From: a virus
Virus record (IMG/VR): IMGVR_UViG_3300045988_088148
DNA: 38,478 nucleotides
Direction: 5' to 3' (one strand)
The notes beneath the pieces are model-generated. The model ran no database searches and had not been told where the DNA came from. It worked only from the letters and a program-made list of their open reading frames with translations. Shown here in pieces: positions 31,484 through 38,478 of the stretch. Position numbers and translations under genes: made by a program. Position 1 is the stretch's first letter, and the number at the start of each line of letters is the position of its first letter.

Positions 31484-33187
31484 ATGGCAGCACTTAGAGT
31501 TTTAGTCCTGAACAGCGAGATCACGGCGCTCCGCGCCCAGCTGACCCCGCTGGAGAAGACCCGAGACGGCTTTGCCGCGAGAGAAGAGCAGCTTCGCCAG
31601 GCGCTCGGCGAAATCACTGAGACGAGCACCGACGAGGAGCGCAACGCTGTATCCTCGGCTGTGGATACCTTCGAGCAGGAGCGCAGCGCGAACGCCGCCG
31701 AGATTGCCCGTATCCAGGGCGAGATTGACACCCGCAGCGCGGAAATTGCCCGGCTGGAAGCCGAGCAGACCCCGCCTCCGGCGAGCAATCCAGCGGTGTC
31801 CAACTCTGACACCAGAAACAACGATCACCACGAAAGGAGCCTTGTACCCATGAACAACACCACCGAGCGCCGTTGGTTCGGCCTCACCTACGCCGAGCGC
31901 GACGCACTCATGCAGTCCGAACAGGTCCGCACCTTCCTCAAGCAAATCCGCGAGGCACGCGCGCAGCAGCGCAGCGTCACCGGCGGCGAGCTGGGTATCC
32001 CGGACGGCTTCCTGCCGATCCTGCGCGACCTCACGTATCAGGAGTCGAAATTCCTGCGCTACTGCTTCACGACGAGTTTCCGCGGCACGACTCGCCAGAA
32101 TGTCGCGGGCGTCGCCCCCGAGGCCATCTGGACGGAAATGAAAGATCGGCTCAACGAGATCGATATCGACTTCTGGCAGCTGACGATGGACGGCTTTATG
32201 GTCGGCGGCTACATGGCCGTCCCGAACTCTGTCCTGATGGACGACAGCGACCTCTCGCTCACGACGACCATCCTTCAGGCGCTGGCCTCGTCGCTTGCAA
32301 AGGCGATCGATAAGTCCATCTGGTTTGGCACCGGCGAGAGCATGCCCGTCGGCATCATCACGCGTCTGGCCGCGCAGACCAAACCCACGTGGTGGGGCTC
32401 GCAGCAGGGCGATTTTACCGATCTGCACACGAGCAACATCCTCAAGCTCGATCTGGCCGCAAAGAACGGCGTGGAATTCTTCCGCCCGCTGGTCGCGGCG
32501 CTCGCTGTGGCGAAGCCGGATTACTCCAACGGTACGGTGATCTGGGTAATGAACCGCAAGACGCACATGGACATCCAGTCCCGCGCGCTGGCCTTTAACG
32601 ACGCAGCGGCTCTCGTCGCAGGCGTCAGCAACTCCATCCCGATCGTCGGCGGCGAGATCGTCGAGTGGGAGGTCATGCCGGACAACGAGATCGCGGGCGG
32701 CTACATGAGCCTGTACCGCTCGGTCGAGCGCGAGGGTACGACGATTGAGTCCAACACCAACGTCCGTTGGCTGGAAAACCAGACGTGCTTCAAGGGCATG
32801 CAGCGCCGCGACGGCAAGCCCGCCATCGGCGAGGCGTTTGTCCTCGTGAACTATGGCAATGTCCAGCCGACCACGACCACGACCTTCGGCAAGGACCGCG
32901 CGAACACCGCCATCGGCACCCTGATCGTGACCACTGCCGCGGGCTCTGCCAACGGCAAGAGCGTTGTGACCGTCGCCGGCAACGGCTCCGGCAAGCTCAA
33001 GTACCAGACCGCCGGTCAGGCGATCGCAGTCGCAAACGGCGAGACGCTTGATAAGCTCTGGACAGACCTGCCCGCGAATAAGACCGTCGACGGCACGACC
33101 GGCCAGACCATTACCGTGGTTGAGGTCGACGGCAACGGCCGCGCGGTTGCGGTCGGCTCCGGCAGCGTGACCGCGAAGGCGGGCTAA
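31484..33187 (+). CDS. Major capsid protein (HK97 fold) with N-terminal coiled-coil delta domain and C-terminal Ig-like domain
   Basis: 567 aa. N-terminal ~110-aa heptad-rich scaffold, HK97-like core, and C-terminal TLIVTTAAGSANGKSVVTVAG...ITVVEVDGNGRAVAVGS. Confidence 0.9.
   Translation: MAALRVLVLNSEITALRAQLTPLEKTRDGFAAREEQLRQALGEITETSTDEERNAVSSAVDTFEQERSANAAEIARIQGEIDTRSAEIARLEAEQTPPPASNPAVSNSDTRNNDHHERSLVPMNNTTERRWFGLTYAERDALMQSEQVRTFLKQIREARAQQRSVTGGELGIPDGFLPILRDLTYQESKFLRYCFTTSFRGTTRQNVAGVAPEAIWTEMKDRLNEIDIDFWQLTMDGFMVGGYMAVPNSVLMDDSDLSLTTTILQALASSLAKAIDKSIWFGTGESMPVGIITRLAAQTKPTWWGSQQGDFTDLHTSNILKLDLAAKNGVEFFRPLVAALAVAKPDYSNGTVIWVMNRKTHMDIQSRALAFNDAAALVAGVSNSIPIVGGEIVEWEVMPDNEIAGGYMSLYRSVEREGTTIESNTNVRWLENQTCFKGMQRRDGKPAIGEAFVLVNYGNVQPTTTTTFGKDRANTAIGTLIVTTAAGSANGKSVVTVAGNGSGKLKYQTAGQAIAVANGETLDKLWTDLPANKTVDGTTGQTITVVEVDGNGRAVAVGSGSVTAKAG
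31796..31812 (-). repeat. Dispersed motif variant GTGTCCAACTCTGACAC (1 mismatch)
   Basis: In the capsid delta-domain/core linker, encoding VSNSDT. Flank is CG on the conserved side. Confidence 0.8.
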
Positions 33188-33203
33188 GGAAAGGAGGCGG
33201 CCT

Positions 33204-33497
33204 ATGTCACTGGACGCCCAGCTGGCCTACATGATGGTGGATCTCGGTATCCTGCGCGCAACCGAGCAGCAGGAGACGTATCTGCGGGGTATCCTGACGC
33301 AGGCCGCTGATTTTATCACGACGCGCGGCGTTGCGCTCCAGCCGGACTGCGACGCGGACGACATGCTGACGGCGATGGTCGGCGGCTGGATGTACAAGGC
33401 GCGGGCAAACGCCGAGGAAAAGCAGCTGCCGACGTATCTGCGCCGGATGCTCAACGACAAGCTCGCGAAGCAGAAGATGGGAGGCGGCACGGGATGA
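33204..33497 (+). CDS. Head-tail connector (gp6-like)
   Basis: 97 aa. Position and pattern fit; RBS aaaggagg. Confidence 0.7.
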   Translation: MSLDAQLAYMMVDLGILRATEQQETYLRGILTQAADFITTRGVALQPDCDADDMLTAMVGGWMYKARANAEEKQLPTYLRRMLNDKLAKQKMGGGTG

Positions 33498-33835
33498 TCT
33501 ACGACAAGGTATGCACCGTCTGTGACCTGCTCCCGGCCTCGTCTCCCCTCCAGCGCCGCCTGCGTATCGCCTCGAGCCACTTTTATTGCGAACGCGAGGT
33601 CTACGCGGCCAGATTTTATGCTGGGAAGCAAGCCGGTGTGCAGCTTACCCGGATGGTCAGCATCCCCCGCGTCTTCGGCGGCGAGGACATCAAAGCAGAG
33701 CAGTACGTGGTTCTTGAGGACGACCACATTTACCGCATCGACCAGGCGCAGCGGGGCTATGACTCCGACGGCCTGCCGATCACGACGCTTTCGCTCGCAG
33801 AGCCGGAGGGCAAGTATGAAATACTCCAAGATTGA
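33494..33835 (+). CDS. Head closure / head-tail adaptor protein
   Basis: 113 aa, ATGA overlap, synteny. Confidence 0.65.
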   Translation: MIYDKVCTVCDLLPASSPLQRRLRIASSHFYCEREVYAARFYAGKQAGVQLTRMVSIPRVFGGEDIKAEQYVVLEDDHIYRIDQAQRGYDSDGLPITTLSLAEPEGKYEILQD

Positions 33836-34151
33836 GCAGGCGCTCGAGACCGTGCTCCCCGGCGCTGTGTATAAGGTGCAAGCGCCGGAGCACGCGCCGG
33901 ACGGCTCGCCGCTCACGCGCTACCTCGTCTGGACGCCGACCGGCACGCGCAGCGTGAACGCAGACGGGATACCCTTTGCAACGGTCGGCCTGTGCGTCGT
34001 GACCGTTGCCACGCAGACGGAAGGCGACACGCTGACCGCAGAGGTGCTGCAAGCGCTCGCAGCGGCGCACATCGCTGTCGGGCAAAGCGAGCAGTCCTTT
34101 GACGAGGAGACCATGACGTATTATTCCGACATCCCTTGCGAGGTGATCTGA
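33816..34151 (+). CDS. Neck / tail-completion protein
   Basis: ORF-track 33522..34151 trimmed to the ATG at 33816. 111 aa. Confidence 0.55.
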   Translation: MKYSKIEQALETVLPGAVYKVQAPEHAPDGSPLTRYLVWTPTGTRSVNADGIPFATVGLCVVTVATQTEGDTLTAEVLQALAAAHIAVGQSEQSFDEETMTYYSDIPCEVI

Positions 34152-34603
34152 TGGCGCAGCTCGATACAAAAATCGCGCTGGACGGCATCCGGGAAGCTAT
34201 CCGGCAGCTGAACCAAGCCAACCTTTTTACCGACGACAACCTTCAGGCGATTTTGTCGGTCGGCGTGGATGAGATGTATAAAAGCGTCCACTCCGCCTTT
34301 ATCGAGGCCGGGCACCAGAATACCAAACCCCGCCGGACCGGCGAGACCTTGCGGCACTTTACAAAGGCGCGCAAGGTCTCACGTGACAAAAAGGGCGTGC
34401 CGTACATGTACGTCACGATCTCCGGCAAGGATTCGCGGCAGCAGAAATACGCCGTCAAGGGCTTTGTCCTCAACTACGGCCGCCGCACGGGCGGCAAAAT
34501 CAAGGCCGACTACTATTGGTCTAACGCGGTCAAATCCACGTGGGACCGCGCGAACAAGGCCATGACCGACAAGGCAGCTGAAATTATCAACAGCAAACGA
34601 TGA
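34151..34603 (+). CDS. HK97 gp10-like head-tail joining protein
   Basis: ATG at 34151 overlaps the upstream TGA. 150 aa. Confidence 0.65.
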   Translation: MAQLDTKIALDGIREAIRQLNQANLFTDDNLQAILSVGVDEMYKSVHSAFIEAGHQNTKPRRTGETLRHFTKARKVSRDKKGVPYMYVTISGKDSRQQKYAVKGFVLNYGRRTGGKIKADYYWSNAVKSTWDRANKAMTDKAAEIINSKR

Positions 34604-34615
34604 AAGGAGGCAATC

Positions 34616-35212
34616 ATGCCTGTATTTGATTTGAGATACCTGCAAGTAGCAGAATACAAAGAAAAACCCGACGGCTCGACCGAATACGGCGACCCCGTCT
34701 CCATGGGCGACGCGATGACCGTCGCGCTGTCCATGCGTTTCGCGGAAGGGCGCGTATACGCCGAGTCCGTCCTCGCCGAGTACCTGAAAAAGGCGACCGG
34801 CGGCACGGCGACCGCGGGCGCGAAGTACATCCCGATCGCGGCGCAGAAGCTTATGTACGGCGCGTACGAAAAGCAGCGCACCGTATCGAGCTCTCCTATC
34901 AAGAGTCTGACCTTCGGCAAGAAGTCGACCGGCAAGTATGTCGGATGGAGCTTCTACATGCCGGACATGATCGACGGCGTCGAGAAATTCATGGCGGTCT
35001 TCGCCCGGAAGGTGCTCTTTGGCCCGCCCGACATCAACGGCCAGACGCTGGGGGAAAACATTACCTTTAACACCCCGACCACGACCGGCGAATTCCTCGC
35101 AGACAAGCCGGGCGAGCTGCTGGAAATTGCCATCGTCGACACGGAGACCTTGGCCAAAGCGTGGTGCGACGCGGTGTTTACGACGCAGGCCACAGACGTG
35201 GCAGGAGGTTAA
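34616..35212 (+). CDS. Major tail protein
   Basis: RBS aaaggagg. 198 aa. Immediately before the chaperone pair and the tape measure. Confidence 0.75.
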   Translation: MPVFDLRYLQVAEYKEKPDGSTEYGDPVSMGDAMTVALSMRFAEGRVYAESVLAEYLKKATGGTATAGAKYIPIAAQKLMYGAYEKQRTVSSSPIKSLTFGKKSTGKYVGWSFYMPDMIDGVEKFMAVFARKVLFGPPDINGQTLGENITFNTPTTTGEFLADKPGELLEIAIVDTETLAKAWCDAVFTTQATDVAGG

Positions 35213-35214
35213 CC

Positions 35215-35628
35215 ATGGAAGATATCAAGCCGCGCGAAGTCGCGTGGCGCTTTGACGGGCGCGACTGGGTACTTCGCTGCAACAACAACGTGCTGGCCGA
35301 GGTGCAGGAGATCAACGGCGGCGACTTTAGCCCCGTCCTCTCCCTTAAGCGGACGCTCAAGTCGGTCTTGCAGCTGCTGGCCGCGATGCTCAACGACTAC
35401 GCCGACGAGCAGAAATGGGTGGACGAAAAGGGCTTCGCTATCCGGTACACCGAAAAGCAGCTCGGAAGACGGCTGTCCCTGGGCACGATCGAGAGGCTTG
35501 CGCCGGACGTGATGCGCATGGCGATCCTCGCTGTCCGGGACGCAGAGGCTGAGAACAGCTCGGCAGACGAAAAAAACGCGGAGACCAGGCAGGAAGAAGC
35601 GGCGGTATCAACTTCGCCTGGTATTTGA
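35215..35628 (+). CDS. Tail assembly chaperone (G-like)
   Basis: ATG at 35215, in frame with ORF-track 35161..35628. Acidic C-terminus. Position fits. Confidence 0.7.
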   Translation: MEDIKPREVAWRFDGRDWVLRCNNNVLAEVQEINGGDFSPVLSLKRTLKSVLQLLAAMLNDYADEQKWVDEKGFAIRYTEKQLGRRLSLGTIERLAPDVMRMAILAVRDAEAENSSADEKNAETRQEEAAVSTSPGI

Positions 35629-35816
35629 ATATCTGGGTAAATGTGCTAAAAAACGACGAGACCGTCTTTTGGCGCAGGATGACACCGGCGCGGTGCATGG
35701 CTATCTACAGAGAGTATTTCTCCTCCATGGCCACGCCGAGCCGGTGTGCGCGTAATGCGCCGGAGCAGCCTGCGCGCTTGTCGCTGGCACAGTACCTGAT
35801 GGGAGGTGGCGGCTGA
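35215..35816 (+). CDS. Tail assembly chaperone, -1 frameshift extension product (GT-like)
   Basis: Slippery A_AAA_AAC at 35571-35577 in the zero frame. The -1 frame is open from there to the stop at 35816 (ORF-track 35625..35816 is its distal part). Confidence 0.55.
35571..35577 (+). promoter_or_regulatory. Programmed -1 ribosomal frameshift slippery heptamer A_AAA_AAC
   Basis: Codons gaA AAA AAC. A 7-bp stem ACCAGGC (35584-35590) / GCCTGGT (35616-35622) begins 6 nt downstream. Confidence 0.6.
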
Positions 35817-37687
35817 TGGCAACGCCCGGCATTAACACAAAAGTCAAAATGGACGGCGAGAAAGAATATCGCGCCGCCCTTGCCCAAATCAACGCAGGAC
35901 TTAAAAACTTAGGCGCGGAGATGCGCGCCACAGAACAGGATTTTGCAGACAACGCCGATAGCGTCGAGGCGCTGACGGCCAAGGGCGACGTCCTCGCCCG
36001 GCAGATGCAGACCCAGCAGGAGAAGGTCGACACGCTGCGCGAAGTGCTCCAGAAAGCCGGTGAATCCTACGGCGAGGCCGACAAGCGTACCATCGACTGG
36101 TCGACAAGCCTCATTGACGCGGAGACCAAACTCAAGCAGATGCAGGAGGCGCTGGAAGAGAACAACGCCGAGCTCGACAAGGCGGGCGCGAGCGGCTCGA
36201 AATTCCAGCAGGCGATGGATAAGGTCAAGGATTCCGTCGCGAAGGCGAAGGAGGAGGGCACGGGCGCAAAGGGCGTTTTTGCCAATCTCAAGGAATCCTT
36301 TGCGGGCAGCAAGGGCGAGACCGTCGGCCTTGGCGACGCGATCGGCGGCGCGGCGGATAAGTTGGGTATCAATCTGCCCGAGGGCGCGACGAAGGCGCTG
36401 AATTCCCTCAACGGCATCAACGCCGGGACAGCTGCGGCAGTCGGTGGTTTTGCTGCCCTGATTGCGGCAGTCGTCAAGGTCGAAAAGCAGCTGATGAGCA
36501 TCACCAAGGAGTCCGCCGAGTACGCGAAAGAGGTCAAGACGCTCGCAAGCGTGACCGGCCAGAGCGTGGAGGAAGTGCAGGAATGGCAGTATGCCTCCGA
36601 CATGCTCGGCGTCACCTACGACCGCGTGAAGGACTCCCTCAAGGAGATCACCAACAAAATGCAGGAGGCGCAGAACGGCTCGGAGGACACGGCAAAGGCG
36701 TTTGAAACGCTCGGCGTCAAGATCGAGGGCACAGATGGCAACCTGCGCAGCGCCGACGCTGTCTTTTATGACGTCATTGACTCGCTCGGGAACATGCAGA
36801 ACCAGGCGCAGCGCGATGCGCTGGCCATGGACTTGATGTCCGAGTCGGCGCAGGAGCTGAATCCCCTGATCGAGGTCGGAAGCGACGGGCTCAAGCAATA
36901 CGCCGACGAGGCGCACGAGCTTGGCTATGTGCTGGACAACGAGGCAATCAAGGCCCTCAACGAGACAGACACGGCGCAGCAGAAGCTCCTCAAGACGCAG
37001 GAAGCCGTCACGAAGCAGATCTCCGCCGAGTACGCGCCGTATATGACCGAGGCGCTGGGCGACACGGCAGATTTTATCCAAAAAATCGGCAAGGCTTTTG
37101 TGGAGTCTGGCGTTGTGGACAAATTCGGCAGCATCCTGAGCTCTGCCACGCAGATCTTGGAGCCGCTGGGCGACCTGACCGTCGCTGTGCTTCCGGCGCT
37201 CGACGCAGCGCTCAAGCCGGTTGCAACGACGATGGCCTTGATCGCGGACACGACAAATCTGCTTGTCGGCCTGCTGACGCTCAACGGCGACAAGATCAAG
37301 ACTGCGCTGGGCCTTAACATGTCTAGCGGCCATCTGAGTAATATGCAGCAGCTGCAATACAAGGGCGCACTGTCCAGCGGCTCGAGCTACGTCTCCGGCA
37401 TGGGCTACACCGGAACGGGCGGCTACATGGGAGCCGACGGCAAGTGGCATCAGAACGCAGCCGGCACGGAAAACTTTATCGGCGGCGTGACTTGGGTCGG
37501 CGAGAATGGGCCGGAGCCTGTCTGGCTGCCGCAGGGCTCGCGCATCGGCACCAATCAGGAAGGGCGCAGCCTCTCCGGCGGCGATACCTACAACTTTATC
37601 GTGCAGGCGAATGAAATCCGCGAGATCGACGATTTCATTCGCCGCATGAAAAACCAGAGACGAGTGGCCAGAATGGGGGTGACGTGA
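35816..37687 (+). CDS. Tail tape measure protein
   Basis: 623 aa, helical Ala/Lys/Glu-rich. ATG overlaps the upstream TGA. Confidence 0.9.
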   Translation: MATPGINTKVKMDGEKEYRAALAQINAGLKNLGAEMRATEQDFADNADSVEALTAKGDVLARQMQTQQEKVDTLREVLQKAGESYGEADKRTIDWSTSLIDAETKLKQMQEALEENNAELDKAGASGSKFQQAMDKVKDSVAKAKEEGTGAKGVFANLKESFAGSKGETVGLGDAIGGAADKLGINLPEGATKALNSLNGINAGTAAAVGGFAALIAAVVKVEKQLMSITKESAEYAKEVKTLASVTGQSVEEVQEWQYASDMLGVTYDRVKDSLKEITNKMQEAQNGSEDTAKAFETLGVKIEGTDGNLRSADAVFYDVIDSLGNMQNQAQRDALAMDLMSESAQELNPLIEVGSDGLKQYADEAHELGYVLDNEAIKALNETDTAQQKLLKTQEAVTKQISAEYAPYMTEALGDTADFIQKIGKAFVESGVVDKFGSILSSATQILEPLGDLTVAVLPALDAALKPVATTMALIADTTNLLVGLLTLNGDKIKTALGLNMSSGHLSNMQQLQYKGALSSGSSYVSGMGYTGTGGYMGADGKWHQNAAGTENFIGGVTWVGENGPEPVWLPQGSRIGTNQEGRSLSGGDTYNFIVQANEIREIDDFIRRMKNQRRVARMGVT

Positions 37688-37688
37688 G

Positions 37689-38478
37689 GTGGCAACCAGT
37701 TTCAACTTATATTGTTCGGCGTTCGCAATCCTCAAGAAGGACGCGCAAAACACAAACGATCACACGACATCCCCTGCCGAGATTAACAAGGGCGACTTGC
37801 TGTACATGCAATTTCAGCCACCGAGCGATGGCACACAGTACAAAAAGCTTGTAGATGATTGGTCGAAAATTACAATCTATCTCACCGCCGCCAGCGACTC
37901 GGGCACTATTCGGACGCGCATTGGCGGTCTTGAGCATAGCTTTGATCCGCTAACAGTCACTTATGCAACGAAGCAAGATCGGCATGTCTCCGACGTCGAC
38001 GTAGAGGTCAGCGATGCTTCTGCCCTTCCGAAAGCCTGCGAATCCGGGTATGGTCTGCCGATTATAGACGCCGCTAGAAATGGACTGTATATGAGTCTGT
38101 CCATAACCACAGAATGGGTTTCAATCGTGACAAAATCAACAAATAGACCGTATATCCCGGTCTCTGTTGACGATACGGTAACTTGTGGTCTCAAAATCTC
38201 AGAAGTGACGCCATCCTCCGGGTCGATCATCAAATCCGAACCAAACACCTTCACATGGGGCGTAGAAGCCGCTCAAAAATGCATTGCAGAACTCAAGCAG
38301 GCATCCGCCATCTTCCGCTGGCGCTCCGGGACGAGCGGCACGATCCACACGATCTCCGTCTCCGGCAGCGCACAAAGCGTCACGGTACCCGCCAACACGT
38401 TCGCAGGCACGACCAGCATCCAGTGGCAGGTCGCGGTCACGGCAAACAGCGGCGTGGTCACGACGTCCGACTGGGTGA
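37689..38478 (+). CDS. Tail distal / host-interaction protein, 5' part (continues at base 56 = 1..1239 after circularisation)
   Basis: Not in the ORF track because it has no stop inside the window. The frame is open from 37683, with GTG at 37689 after gggggtga (alternative ATG at 37806). It reads ...TFTWGVEAAQKCIAELKQASAIFRWRSGTSGT...IQWQVAVTANSGVVTTSDWV into the terminal overlap. AT-richer than its neighbours. Confidence 0.75.
   Translation, partial: MATSFNLYCSAFAILKKDAQNTNDHTTSPAEINKGDLLYMQFQPPSDGTQYKKLVDDWSKITIYLTAASDSGTIRTRIGGLEHSFDPLTVTYATKQDRHVSDVDVEVSDASALPKACESGYGLPIIDAARNGLYMSLSITTEWVSIVTKSTNRPYIPVSVDDTVTCGLKISEVTPSSGSIIKSEPNTFTWGVEAAQKCIAELKQASAIFRWRSGTSGTIHTISVSGSAQSVTVPANTFAGTTSIQWQVAVTANSGVVTTSDWV
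38424..38478. repeat. 55-bp terminal overlap, identical to 1..55
   Basis: Read directly. Confidence 0.95.

Noticed and set aside
880-31812. The 17-mer repeats as a by-product of a shared peptide (VSDLDT) or of a short restriction/methylation site
   Set aside because: The two orientations encode different peptides. Three copies are non-coding. Identity extends over 17-19 nt including third codon positions, far beyond a 4-8-bp R-M site.
35909-37753. 614-aa minus-strand ORF antisense to the tape measure gene (similar cases at 29650..30936, 31502..32566, 27744..28475 and 1215..2150)
   Set aside because: Same GC-rich antisense artefact. The sense strand encodes recognisable structural proteins in a tightly coupled operon.

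Overview
This window is a complete ~38.4-kb genome of a GC-rich temperate siphovirus, probably from a Gram-positive, Clostridia-like host. The host guess rests on XhlA-type lysis genes, a Cu-amine-oxidase-N-like wall-binding domain, and KTR and YjcZ-like proteins. The contig is circularly closed: bases 1-55 equal 38424-38478, and one tail gene reads straight across that junction.

Gene order:
- tail tip and fibres (1-5756)
- lysis cassette (5787-7255)
- moron cassettes (7291-10747)
- attP carrying a tRNA 3' fragment (10805-10827)
- minus-strand lysogeny block: tyrosine integrase, membrane-anchored XRE regulator, orphan promoter with tandem terminators, PBECR-like nuclease, HIRAN-TM protein and CI-like repressor (11017-14367)
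- CI/Cro-type switch and several XRE regulators
- replication initiator with internal iterons, plus DnaB
- ParA/ParB
- about 15 small early ORFs
- HUH Rep and a Cys-rich KTR protein
- HNH endonuclease and a cos-like non-coding gap
- fused TerS-TerL terminase
- DNA methyltransferase
- HK97-type portal, protease and capsid
- connectors and major tail protein
- G/GT chaperone with a canonical -1 slippery site
- tape measure

Most striking is a 17-19-bp motif, GTGTCAGACTTGGACAC(CG). It has five identical copies plus variants scattered round the whole genome, mostly inside unrelated ORFs and always in the same codon phase. Two copies lie inside parB, so I interpret the set as a dispersed centromere (parS). 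An operator set or HUH-Rep hairpin substrates remain alternatives.

Other candidates worth a second look:
- a lysogen-side HIRAN-TM plus PBECR-nuclease gene pair, followed by an orphan promoter and two terminators (sRNA or attenuator)
- a Cys-rich five-gene moron cluster with spore-surface-like features
- a second (HUH) replication initiator next to the packaging genes
- a TerS-TerL fusion

All functional calls come from by-eye motif recognition. No database search was possible.
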